Source: Acidobacteriaceae bacterium (GTDB lineage: Bacteria > Acidobacteriota > Terriglobia > Terriglobales > Acidobacteriaceae). From it: DNA of 64,000 nucleotides. Made by a program: the position numbers and the translations under genes. Shown here piece by piece: positions 19,103 to 28,429 of the stretch (its first letter is position 1; the number at the start of each line of letters is the position of its first letter). The notes under the pieces were generated by a model, which had not been told where the DNA came from, searched no databases, and was given only the letters and a program-made list of their open reading frames with translations. Location: the NCBI GenBank assembly GCA_003132405.1, contig PKXQ01000066.1, positions 1,612-65,611 on the forward strand, given 5' to 3'.

Positions 19103-20086
19103 TTATGCCTTTTTCCTTACTTTTGACGAGCGGCTTTCAGTTGGCGTCGGGCCGTTCAGGAACGCGGCCCAGCGCAATTCCTCCACTGGATTTTCTTCGC
19201 TCAGGGCTTTCTTGACCGCCATGTCCGCTACGGCATCCACGATCCATTCGAAATTTTGCTGTCCTACTGAGGTGATCTCGGCGTCGGGCGCGGGATTCAT
19301 GAAGTCGATGGCATAGGGGATGCCAGCCTCGACGGCGAACTCGACTGTGTTCAGGTCGTAGCCTAGAGCGCGGCATAGGGCTAGCGCATCTTTTTCGATG
19401 CGCTCTTTCAACTTTGCTCCGGGCTGCGGATTGCCCTTTACGTAGCGCTCGTGATGCGGGGCTTTCGGATCGTACTTCATGATGTGGACTTTTTCCTGGC
19501 CCACTACGTAACAGCGGTAATAGTCTTCGAACTCGACGCCGTGTTGGAGGGTCAGGCAAAGGTCTCCCGTCTGGTTGTAGTTATGGAAGAATTCTTCGGG
19601 AGAATGGACTTTGTATACGTGCTTCCATCCGCCGCCGGAGTAGGGCTTTAAGAACGCCGGGAAGCCGACATAGTCGAAGAGTTCTTCCCAATTCAACGGG
19701 TAGATTAAGTTGCGCATCGACTTATCGGTGGTGTCCGGCGGATGCTCGTGATGCGGCAAAATCACGGTAGGTGGAATGGCCACGCCCATCTTATGCGCGA
19801 GCGCATAGTTAAAGAACTTATCGTCGGCGGTCCACCAGAAGGGATTGTTGATGACGATCGTCCCGTGCAGCATTGCGTTCTTTAAATACGCGCGGTAGAA
19901 GGGAATGTCCTGCGAAATGCGATCGACGAGGACGTCGTATTTCTTCGGCTCGTCCATGCGGATCCCGCCGATTTTTACAAACTCGGCGGAAACGCCGTCG
20001 ATCTTCATGGCGTTAATCTTTTCGACGAGGGCTGGCGGGAAGGTGTTTTCCATGCCAAAGAGAATTGCGATTTTCTTGTTTGCCAT
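19103..20086 (-). CDS. ATP-grasp domain protein (RimK-like fold)
   Basis: FPAFLKPYSGGGWKHVYKV and TVEFAVEAGIPYAIDFMNPAPD. I prefer the ATG at 20086 (MANKKIAILFG) over the track start at 20134. Confidence 0.8.
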   Translation of the reverse strand: MANKKIAILFGMENTFPPALVEKINAMKIDGVSAEFVKIGGIRMDEPKKYDVLVDRISQDIPFYRAYLKNAMLHGTIVINNPFWWTADDKFFNYALAHKMGVAIPPTVILPHHEHPPDTTDKSMRNLIYPLNWEELFDYVGFPAFLKPYSGGGWKHVYKVHSPEEFFHNYNQTGDLCLTLQHGVEFEDYYRCYVVGQEKVHIMKYDPKAPHHERYVKGNPQPGAKLKERIEKDALALCRALGYDLNTVEFAVEAGIPYAIDFMNPAPDAEITSVGQQNFEWIVDAVADMAVKKALSEENPVEELRWAAFLNGPTPTESRSSKVRKKA

Positions 20087-20192
20087 AATTGATTCTCGCT
20101 CAATTGCGATTGCTAGTGGAAGCGCGATGAGCAACGTGCCAATTTCGCCCCTAGGAGGCTGCGGAAAATGTCTATCGCGGGCCAGAGAGGGC

Positions 20193-20295
20193 GACCTCAG
20201 CGCCTAAAGGCGCAGTCAAAACAAAGCTGTTATCGCAGCGCTGAAGCGCTGCGCCACCCAAAGCCAAGACAAGATCGAGTTTTTCCGCACCCTCT
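20193..20295. repeat. intergenic hairpin element (GCGCCTAAAGGCGC, then ATCGCAGCGCTGAAGCGCTGCGCCACCCAAAG)
   Basis: A variant of the unit seen at 6981-7020, 25700-25740, 33395-33430 and 34081-34115. It lies between the esterase and the ATP-grasp gene. Confidence 0.8.
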
Positions 20296-20308
20296 TAGAA
20301 ATACTTCG

Positions 20309-21019
20309 TCAAAAATATTTTTGTGCCATGCGCTGCCACAGCGGCCAATCGTGTTTGCTGTTGTCTCCATAAATATCCAGCCAATGAGGAATGCCCTTGC
20401 CGTGGAGAATGGCGGACATCTTTACGTTGGCATCGAGGCACATATCCCAGTCCGATGATCCGAGGACTATGTTCATCTGCCGGATGCGGCTCAGGAACCA
20501 GTCGTCGTTCATGTTGGAAAGGTAGTCTGGAGGATTGTTGAAGTAGACGTTGTCGTCGTAGTAGCCGTCGAGAAAGCTCTTGATGTCGTAGGATCCGCTC
20601 ATGGTCGCGCAGCCCGAAACTAAATCGGGATGGCGCATGGCAAAATTCAGAGCATGATAACCGCCAAAACTGCAGCCGGTCACGGCGATTTGGGGAGACC
20701 AGTTTCTCCACTTTAAATAGGGGAGAAACTCGTTGAGCAGGTACCGTTCGTACTGAACGTGGCGCCAGATGCGGGCTCCCGGATGTACGCTTTTGTTGTA
20801 CCAACTCTCGCTGTCGACGCTGTCCACGCAGAAGATCTGGATCGCGCCACCTTCCGATTTGCCAGCGAGCGCGTGGATCATGCCGGCATCTTCGTATTCA
20901 AAGAAACGACCTTGGGAGGTGGGGAAAACGAGGATTGGTTGGCCGGCGTGGCCGTAGACGAGCGACTCCATGTCGCGGCCCAATTCGTGGCTGTATTGTT
21001 TGTTATATTCGCGGTTCAT
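20309..21019 (-). CDS. alpha/beta-hydrolase esterase ('putative esterase' family)
   Basis: 236 aa with the nucleophile elbow VTGCSFGGYHAL. Confidence 0.75.
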   Translation of the reverse strand: MNREYNKQYSHELGRDMESLVYGHAGQPILVFPTSQGRFFEYEDAGMIHALAGKSEGGAIQIFCVDSVDSESWYNKSVHPGARIWRHVQYERYLLNEFLPYLKWRNWSPQIAVTGCSFGGYHALNFAMRHPDLVSGCATMSGSYDIKSFLDGYYDDNVYFNNPPDYLSNMNDDWFLSRIRQMNIVLGSSDWDMCLDANVKMSAILHGKGIPHWLDIYGDNSKHDWPLWQRMAQKYF

Positions 21020-21187
21020 CTGCGCGAGGATTGTAACCGAAGAAGGGCTGGAAAGAAGATCAAAAGAGAGCTTATATCCTGGCTGCTAAGGAGACTCCGA
21101 TTAAGTGCCGAAAAAAAGCATAAACCACAGGGGACACAGGGGCGCACGGAAGCCCCGGGGAATTAATCAGAAGTTCCCTCATCGCGA

Positions 21188-23473
21188 CTAATGGCTGATG
21201 GATTTGGAATGGGGATCGATCTTCAAATGTTTGAGCTTCGATTGCAGCGTGGTGCGTTTCAGACCGAGACGCTTGGCTGCGCCGCGCGGTCCGCCGATCT
21301 GCCCACGGCTTGCGCGAAGAGCTTGCAGGATGTGTTCGCGCTCTTTCGCCTCCAGGGTTTCGTCGGTTTTTTTTGCCGCCGCCACGGCGCTAGTTGGCTG
21401 CATTTCACTTAAGGGCGCGACCAGCACAGAACCTTGTGTGAGAATCACGGAGCGCTCGATAAAATTTTCCAACTCGCGTACATTGCCGGGCCATTGCCAC
21501 GCCATCAGGGCGTCCATGGTTTTCCTGGGAATGCTGGTGATCGACTTGTTCATGCGCCGCGCGCACTTCTGGACAAAGTGTTCGACGAGCAAGCGGATGT
21601 CCTCGCGCCGTTCCCGCAATGGGGGCACGTGTATGGGAAAGACGTTGAGGCGGTAATATAAATCGCTGCGAAATTCCTTTTCGCGCACCGCTGCACCGAG
21701 ATCGACGTTGGTTGCGGCAATCAGGCGAAAGTCCACCTTCAGGGTCTGGTTTCCGCCTAAGCGCTCGAATTCCTGGTCCTGCAAAACTCGCAGCAGCTTG
21801 GGTTGCAAGGTGAGGGAAATGTCCCCGATCTCGTCGAGGAAAAGAGTGCCCTTGTCGGCGAGTTCAAGGCGTCCAATTTTCTTGCTTACGGCTCCGGTGA
21901 AGGCGCCCTTCTCATTGCCGAACAGTTCGCTCTCGAGAAGGCCGGAGGGGATGGCGGCACAATTCATCTTGATGAAACTGGTATGGGCGCGCCGACTCAA
22001 GCGATGGATGGCCCGGGCGATCAGTTCCTTTCCGGTGCCGGTTTCGCCGAGCAGCAGCACGGTGGCGTCACTGGATGCGACCCTTGCCACGTTCTCCATT
22101 ACGGACTGGAGAGCCTTGCTTTGTCCGATGATTTCGCCGAAGCCGAGTTCGGTATTGATTTCCTGTTCGAGGTAGAGTTTTTCCTCGGTCAGTTTTCTTT
22201 TGGCTTCGCAGACTTCTTGTACGAGGCGGGCAATTGCTTGCTGCGACTGCTTGCGCTCGGTGATGTCTTCGACCAGACCCATGTGCCAGCGCCGTTGTTC
22301 TCCTTTGCGGCGCATGGGGACACCCAGAACTCTGACCCAACGCACCGATCCATCCGGGCGCAGATACCTTTTCTCCAACTCCTGCTTGGTTTCGTCGGTT
22401 AATTGGCGCAGGTATTCTGTGGTCAGCGCGATATCGTCAGGGTGGGTGATGGCAGCCAAGTCGGTCTGCAGCAAAGCTTGTTCGGTGCGGCCGGTAATTG
22501 CGCAGAACTGGGGATTAACCTGGCGGAATTGGCCGGTGCAAGAGTCGACCAGCGCAATACCGACGGGGGCGCGCTCATAAACCGTGCGAAAGCGCAGCTC
22601 GCTTTCCTGCAGCATCGCGGCCGCCCGCTTGCGCTCGGTGATGTCCTGGCAAGTACCCACTAGGCGCGCCGGCCGCCCTTGTCCGTCCTGAAAAACCTTC
22701 CAGCGCTCCTCCAAGACTTTGACGCGGCCGTCTGCCATGACGATCCGGTATTCGACCGTGGAAGGCGCGCCCTTTTCGAGCGAAGCCTCAAAGGCCGCAT
22801 CCACTTTCGCACGATCCTCCGGATGAACAAGTTCCACAAAGCTTGGGCGCCTGGGGCGAAAAGTGAAGGGGTCAGTCTCAAATATGCGGTATGTCTGTTC
22901 GGACCAGGTTATGTCAAGACTCGGCAACTCTGTTTCCCAACTGCCCACTCTTGCCACCGCTTGGGCCTCGATCAAGCGGGCGCGTTCTGTCTCCAATTGC
23001 TCTGCGATCTTGTGCTGCTCCCGCTCGCTGGTTCGGAGGGCTTCTTCCGACCGTTTGCGATCGGTCACGTCCTGCAGGACGCAAGCCACGCGGTCGATCC
23101 CGGTCGGACCTTCTACCGGCACATAGGTGATCGATAAGTCCCTGGTACCCAACTCGGGGTATTGGTACTGGAGTTCGTAGCTGACGACCTTCCCGCCGAA
23201 ACACTCATCCAGCTTTTCCTTCACCACCCCTTCGAAGAGCTTGGGGTCCAATACATCCACAATCAACTTTCCGACGATCTGTTGCTGATTCATTCCGCGA
23301 TAGTTGAGGAATGCTTTGTTCGCCAGGACGTAGCGGTACTCGCGATTGACCACGACGATCATATCTTCGAGATTTTCGATTACTCTTTCGAACTCGCGCA
23401 GTCTGTCAACTGCGCGTTTCCGTTCGGTAATATCGCGCGATACAGCGACGACATATTCTCGATCCAGCCGCAC
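21188..23473 (-). CDS. sigma-54-dependent transcriptional activator with PAS domains (C-terminal fragment of a frameshifted gene)
   Basis: 761 aa. PAS/PAC ends VSRDITERKRA, CQDITERKRAA and VEDITERKQS. AAA+ motifs LLLGETGTGKELIARAIH, GAFTGA and LFLDEIGD. Fis-type HTH AAKRLGLKRTTLQSKLKHL. The track start is a GTG inside a PAS fold. Confidence 0.85.
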   Translation of the reverse strand: MRLDREYVVAVSRDITERKRAVDRLREFERVIENLEDMIVVVNREYRYVLANKAFLNYRGMNQQQIVGKLIVDVLDPKLFEGVVKEKLDECFGGKVVSYELQYQYPELGTRDLSITYVPVEGPTGIDRVACVLQDVTDRKRSEEALRTSEREQHKIAEQLETERARLIEAQAVARVGSWETELPSLDITWSEQTYRIFETDPFTFRPRRPSFVELVHPEDRAKVDAAFEASLEKGAPSTVEYRIVMADGRVKVLEERWKVFQDGQGRPARLVGTCQDITERKRAAAMLQESELRFRTVYERAPVGIALVDSCTGQFRQVNPQFCAITGRTEQALLQTDLAAITHPDDIALTTEYLRQLTDETKQELEKRYLRPDGSVRWVRVLGVPMRRKGEQRRWHMGLVEDITERKQSQQAIARLVQEVCEAKRKLTEEKLYLEQEINTELGFGEIIGQSKALQSVMENVARVASSDATVLLLGETGTGKELIARAIHRLSRRAHTSFIKMNCAAIPSGLLESELFGNEKGAFTGAVSKKIGRLELADKGTLFLDEIGDISLTLQPKLLRVLQDQEFERLGGNQTLKVDFRLIAATNVDLGAAVREKEFRSDLYYRLNVFPIHVPPLRERREDIRLLVEHFVQKCARRMNKSITSIPRKTMDALMAWQWPGNVRELENFIERSVILTQGSVLVAPLSEMQPTSAVAAAKKTDETLEAKEREHILQALRASRGQIGGPRGAAKRLGLKRTTLQSKLKHLKIDPHSKSISH

Positions 23474-24270
23474 GTTCGCATATTCACTTCCACCGGGAAG
23501 GTTGTTCCATCTTTTCGGCGATGCAGTGTTTCCATAACCGCGAATCCCGATTCGCGCAACCGCTGCAGCACTAGGGCGGCCGAGCTTTCGTCATTGTTAG
23601 GATCGATGTCAAACACCGTCATCGACAACAGCTCTTCCCGGCTATATCCCAGCTCCAGGTATGACTTTTCATTGACATCGAGAAAACGCAGGGTCTCCGG
23701 GTCGATCACCTTGATGCCATCGTTGGATTGATCCAGGAGAGTACGGAACAAAGTCAGCCCGTCGAGCAGACGTTTCTGGTCGCTGGCGGTCCGGAGCAAC
23801 TGCTCGTTGCTCACGCGCAGCGCGTTCTCGGCTCGCCAACGGTCGGTCACGTCATGCGCTATGCCGCGGACGATTGGTTCCGGCACTCCTTCGGTGCGCA
23901 ACGTGTTGTGAAATTGCCAGACCCGCTGTTCACCGGAACGGGTCATGACCCTGAGGAGTCCGTGCGCTTCGCCTGCGCGCTCGATCTCGCGCAAATAGGC
24001 ATCGAATTCGTGGCGGAATCTGGGGTCGATAAAATCCCGCATCGGAGTGCGCAGGATTTCTTCCACGCTGTAGCCGAGAAGACGAGCGGGCACGGGATTA
24101 ACGGAGAGGAATCGGCCTTTGAGGTCGTGGACGCAGAGCAGGTCTTGACTGTGCTCGACCAGATCGCGATACCAATCGACGTTCTCTTCGAGAGCGCGCC
24201 GGATTGGATCCCAGCCGACTGAGGCTTCTTCAGGAAAGTGGCGCTTTCCTTCTGCAGGGTGCGATGCCAT
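23380..24270 (-). CDS. PAS-domain sensor fragment (N-terminal part of the same sigma-54 activator, different frame)
   Basis: 296 aa with two PAS modules (IAHDVTDRWRAE). It ends ...HRRKDGTTFPVEVNMRT and then reads out of frame. It overlaps the downstream fragment by 94 nt. Confidence 0.75.
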   Translation of the reverse strand: MASHPAEGKRHFPEEASVGWDPIRRALEENVDWYRDLVEHSQDLLCVHDLKGRFLSVNPVPARLLGYSVEEILRTPMRDFIDPRFRHEFDAYLREIERAGEAHGLLRVMTRSGEQRVWQFHNTLRTEGVPEPIVRGIAHDVTDRWRAENALRVSNEQLLRTASDQKRLLDGLTLFRTLLDQSNDGIKVIDPETLRFLDVNEKSYLELGYSREELLSMTVFDIDPNNDESSAALVLQRLRESGFAVMETLHRRKDGTTFPVEVNMRTCGWIENMSSLYRAILPNGNAQLTDCASSKE

Positions 24271-24681
24271 GGCTCACCCTCAGCGGCCTATCAGGAATCT
24301 TACAATCTACAACTGGCCAGATTTGATTCCGGAGGCCGCGTACTTCTGCTTCTCAGAGGAGGTTGTGACAGCCCCTCGTAGGATGACAACTAAGATACGC
24401 CGATTTGGGATTCGGGGGAAGACTAGGAGATATCATTCTTATGCTCGGGAGGCAAATGGCACTAGCAGTGACCGGAGTGCACTAATGAACCAGGTAATAA
24501 GAAGCGGGCTTCCGATAAACGCGCTGGTGTCGGTCTGTCGCGATGAAAACGCGGGAAGTGCTGTGGGTAGGTGAATGGCAGGTTGGAAAGTAGCGAGCTC
24601 TGAATGTGAACCTTGACTCTGAATTATTGCCAGACTAGCCTGATTGCGACGATCTCCTGATCGGTTAGCAGAGGGCGCGCT

Positions 24682-25629
24682 ATGAATCTCTGGTCCGCCG
24701 GTTTTGTTCTCCTTGGAATCACGCTGGTGCAAGCTGCGGAAAATCCCGGCATCAAAATGACGATCGAACACGGGCAGCCGGGAAACGCAACCCGGCGAAC
24801 CATTTATTTTCAGGCTGACCGCAAGCGTTTCGCATATCAAAATTCTTTTGGGCAGCGGCAGGCGGATGGTTCCGAGCGACCGATCTACGGGCCACGGATT
24901 GTTTCCATTACGCGCTGTGACTTGGGACAATCTTTTGAGTTGAATCTTGACACGCGCGAATATACGTCGACGCCGTATCCTCGGAAGCCGCTCACGAGGG
25001 AGGAAATGGCGAAACTGGGAATGCGGAGCCCCTTGACTTATGTCTCGGATAAGCCAACGTTGCGAATCGAGACAACGACCACTGACACCGGCGAGCGGAG
25101 GGAAATCTTCGGGCAGACGGCGCGGCATGTCATCACGACGAGAAAGCAAACGCCGCTAGAGGACTCTGTCTCGCAGGCGCAGGAATCGGTAACGGATGCC
25201 TGGTACATCGATTCGAAGGCGCCCGATTCGGATATTGATCTCTACCAGCGATTGTCGTGCGACCGGAAGTGGCCTGAAGGAAAGAAGAGTCACGCTTATA
25301 TACGCGCGATCGCTGGGAACCGACCGCCGGATGGGACTGAGTTCGTCGACATCGGCGAGGCGGAGACCGGATTTGCAGTGCAGTCGGTGACTACATTCAA
25401 GAGCGCACGCAGGCTGCCTGACGGGACCGAGAAGCAGTTAGATTCGAAGAATGAAATGCGAGTAACAGAGATCGAGAGAGCGTCGTTGGATCCGGCGCTG
25501 TTCGAAATTCCCGAGGGATTCAAACTTGTGGAGCGCATAGAGCACAATCCGCCACAATCGGCTTTTCTTAGCCCGCCGAAGAATCTGTGGCAACGAGTCT
25601 GGGGAAGCTTGGCGGACCTCTTTCGGTAG
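24682..25629 (+). CDS. hypothetical secreted protein
   Basis: 315 aa with signal peptide MNLWSAGFVLLGITLVQAAE. I recognise no family. Confidence 0.6.
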   Translation: MNLWSAGFVLLGITLVQAAENPGIKMTIEHGQPGNATRRTIYFQADRKRFAYQNSFGQRQADGSERPIYGPRIVSITRCDLGQSFELNLDTREYTSTPYPRKPLTREEMAKLGMRSPLTYVSDKPTLRIETTTTDTGERREIFGQTARHVITTRKQTPLEDSVSQAQESVTDAWYIDSKAPDSDIDLYQRLSCDRKWPEGKKSHAYIRAIAGNRPPDGTEFVDIGEAETGFAVQSVTTFKSARRLPDGTEKQLDSKNEMRVTEIERASLDPALFEIPEGFKLVERIEHNPPQSAFLSPPKNLWQRVWGSLADLFR

Positions 25630-25630
25630 G

Positions 25631-25770
25631 AGGTTGCGGAAAAAGTGTTTTTCTCCCGGCAGCATAACCTCAGCGGCTGAAGCCGGCATTGAACAAACGT
25701 TCATCGCAGCGGTAAACCGCTGCGCCACCCAAAGGCAAAGGCAAAACCGACTTTTCCGTAGCCTGCTAGA
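25631..25770. repeat. ~140-nt composite intergenic element
   Basis: AGGTTGCGGAAAAAGTGTTTTTCTCCCGGCAGCATAACCTCAGCGGCTGAAGCCGGCA...ATCGCAGCGGTAAACCGCTGCGCCACCCAAAGGCAAAGG is collinear and near-identical with 33320-33440. Confidence 0.85.
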
Positions 25771-25785
25771 GCTCTATTTCGCATA

Positions 25786-26745
25786 TTACGGTTCCGCCAA
25801 TTCTTCCTGAAGTGAATTTGGGACGGGCGCTGCGACGGGCCTTTTAGTGCGGGTGGTGGTGATTACAATCACGCTGACCAGCACCAGGAGTGTTCCGAGG
25901 ATGGTGCGCGGGCCGACGGTTTCGCCTCCTAGGAAGTAGCCGACGGTTACGGCGACTACCGGATTCACATACGCGTAGGTGCCGACTTTGGTGGGCGATT
26001 GATGATGGATGAGCCAGACGTAGGCGGTGAAGCCGATGATCGAGCCGGCGACGATCAGGTAGGCGAGCGCGAACCAGGCTCCGCGCGACATGGTTTGAAT
26101 GTGAAATTCGCGAAAGTTGCCGAAGGCCGCTGCTACCAGGCCGAGCATGATACCTCCAGTAAGCATCTGGGCGGCGGCGCTCATGGCTTTCGATTCGGGT
26201 AGAGGGAGCTTACGCGTTAGTGACGATGCGATCGACCAACTTATCGAGGCAATGACGAGAGCCATCGCGCCCTTGGGATCGATGGGGGCTTCGCCAAAGC
26301 TTACTGAGTGGCTAACTAGGACAGCCACACCGGCGATCCCTACGAGGAGAGCTAGCGCGAGGCGGGCGGTGAGCTTTTGGGTGCGGAGTATGAGGATCTC
26401 GGAGAGCGTCATGAATACGGGGATGGTTGCGAGCATGACGGCGGCAATGCCTGAAGGCACGCGCTGTTCGGCCCAGAACAAGCATCCGTAGTCGACGACG
26501 AAGATGCAGATGGCGAGGAGGGTGGCGGCGACCCACTGGCGTAGTGAGGGGTTGGGCGTGCCTTTCAGGCGCATCCACGCATAGAGCGCGATGCCGGCAA
26601 TGAAGAAGCGCATGGCGGCGAAGAGGAAAGGCGGGACTTCGTGGACGCCTATGCGGATCGCCAGGAAGGTCGAGCCCCAGACAAAATAAATGATGGCGAA
26701 GGCCAGTAGCGTCTTCCAGACTGGAGGATGAGCAGGTGCTTCCAT
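25786..26745 (-). CDS. EamA/DMT-family transporter
   Basis: About 10 TM segments in two EamA-like halves. I prefer the ATG at 26745 (MEAPAHPPVWK...). The track ORF starts at a GTG at 26799. Confidence 0.8.
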   Translation of the reverse strand: MEAPAHPPVWKTLLAFAIIYFVWGSTFLAIRIGVHEVPPFLFAAMRFFIAGIALYAWMRLKGTPNPSLRQWVAATLLAICIFVVDYGCLFWAEQRVPSGIAAVMLATIPVFMTLSEILILRTQKLTARLALALLVGIAGVAVLVSHSVSFGEAPIDPKGAMALVIASISWSIASSLTRKLPLPESKAMSAAAQMLTGGIMLGLVAAAFGNFREFHIQTMSRGAWFALAYLIVAGSIIGFTAYVWLIHHQSPTKVGTYAYVNPVVAVTVGYFLGGETVGPRTILGTLLVLVSVIVITTTRTKRPVAAPVPNSLQEELAEP

Positions 26746-26915
26746 AGGAAATAGATCGCTGGGAGAAGCGCTGGGACGCAGAGATTTTCGATTCCGCACT
26801 TCAGCATGCTCCTGGCTCGAAGTGCCGATTGCGTTGCAATTCTAGCGACTGCCGAGTTGCGCTCGGCTGGACAGACGAGGGCGTCTGTCCCTACGCGATC
26901 AGAACCTAAATTTGC

Positions 26916-27872
26916 TCATGAACTACCAATCCAAATTCCAACTATAAATACGAGCACTCCTCCTACTACCACCTGGAACGCTGCGGAGAGCAGCGGAGTA
27001 TCCATGTAGCGATTTCTGATCCAGGCTATGGTGGCTAACTCTAGGGCCACGATGACCACTGCTGCGGTGAAGGCGGCGTGGAAATTTGCCAGCAGGAAGG
27101 GGAGGGTGTGGCCGATGCCGCCGGCGGCGGTCATCAATCCTGTGACCGCGCCGCGGAGCATGGGACGGCCGCGGCCGGTCATCGATCCGTCGTCGGAGAG
27201 CGCTTCGGCGAATGCCATGGAAATTCCGGCTCCGATTGATGCCGCGAGGCCCACTACGAATGCGTCGTGGCTGCTTTTTGTGGCGAACGCGGCCGCGAAT
27301 ACTGGAGCAAGCGTCGATACCGATCCGTCCATCAGACCGGCTAGGCCGGGCTGGACAATTTGCAGAACAAACAATCGCCGCTGAGCGACTTCCTCCGCGT
27401 TTTTGTCGGCCGGCGTGATGCTTTCGGACATCGCCTCCGCGGCCACCTGATGCTTGCGCTCGACTTCTTCCAGATCGCCAAGGAGTTTGCGGATTCCGGC
27501 ATCGGTTACCTGGCGCATCGCTTTTTGGTAGAAGCGACGCGTTTCCAGTTCCATCAGTTCGGCTTGTTTCCTGGCGTCGGCGATCTTTAGGGGACGTGTC
27601 AGCCACATCGGCCGGCGCTGCACAAAGCCCTTTACGTCCTGGCGCCGGAGCAGGGGTATGTGTTCGCCGAAGCGGGTGCGGTAGGTTTCGAACAAGGATG
27701 CGCGATGCCCCGACTCCTCAATGGCCATGTCATCGAATAACTTAGCCGTTGCAGGATAAGACTCGCGCAGGCCGTCGGCAAAATCGGCGTAGACGCGGCC
27801 ATCTTCTTCTTCGAGGGAGATAGCGAGCGCAAGAATTTCGCGCTCGGTTAGATCTTTGAAGTTTCGTGCCAT
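26916..27872 (-). CDS. VIT1/CCC1-family iron/manganese transporter with N-terminal ferritin-like domain
   Basis: 318 aa. Ferritin-like helices (EEEDGRVYADFA...EESGHRASL) followed by a polytopic C-terminus (GAGISMAFAEALSDD). Confidence 0.75.
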   Translation of the reverse strand: MARNFKDLTEREILALAISLEEEDGRVYADFADGLRESYPATAKLFDDMAIEESGHRASLFETYRTRFGEHIPLLRRQDVKGFVQRRPMWLTRPLKIADARKQAELMELETRRFYQKAMRQVTDAGIRKLLGDLEEVERKHQVAAEAMSESITPADKNAEEVAQRRLFVLQIVQPGLAGLMDGSVSTLAPVFAAAFATKSSHDAFVVGLAASIGAGISMAFAEALSDDGSMTGRGRPMLRGAVTGLMTAAGGIGHTLPFLLANFHAAFTAAVVIVALELATIAWIRNRYMDTPLLSAAFQVVVGGVLVFIVGIWIGSS

Positions 27873-28429
27873 GCGACAAGTGTACTTTTTCTGGCTTGGG
27901 TTTCAAGCAGCGGGATTAATAGAGTCCTAACCGTGTCGATACCTTCGTGGTATTCGTTAGGCTGTGAGACGCCCTTAGCGGCTCAGCAGAGCGCTGAAAA
28001 AATCGTCACGGCGACAAGGAGCTGGCCGCAGGCGCTGAAGCGCGGACGTATTTCAAGGTTCATGGCAGGAGTGAAACTGGTGCCCTTCCCAAGAACCTGC
28101 TTGAGTCTGCAGCGCGAACCAAAAAGAGAACAGGATTTGCATTCGATCGCGATGCAGTTGTTGCCTGCCTGAGGCTGCATGCTTTGCCTGGTCGGGCCGG
28201 TCCGCGGCGCCCGCCAAGGTGTTCTTGGCGTGTAATCGATACAAAATGCTAGCGAGATTTCCTGGGCTTCGACGGCGCTGGGTTACCGCGAATGGAATCG
28301 GGCGTGCTTTAACCTGACGGAACGTTCAACAGGAATTTCGTCGGCTGGCCGAATTCATGTTCTGTCTTTGTTTTTTGCCGGCGAATTTCCTGCGGAACGC
28401 TACTTCAAATTTCACAGTGAGGTCTATCC

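Noticed and set aside
25438-25728. ORFs 25438-25728 (-), 33258-33743 (-), 33295-33522 (+) and the first 56 codons of 33572-34162 (-)
   Set aside because: They run through the composite intergenic repeat elements, and their similarity to each other comes from the repeats. I do not treat them as coding.
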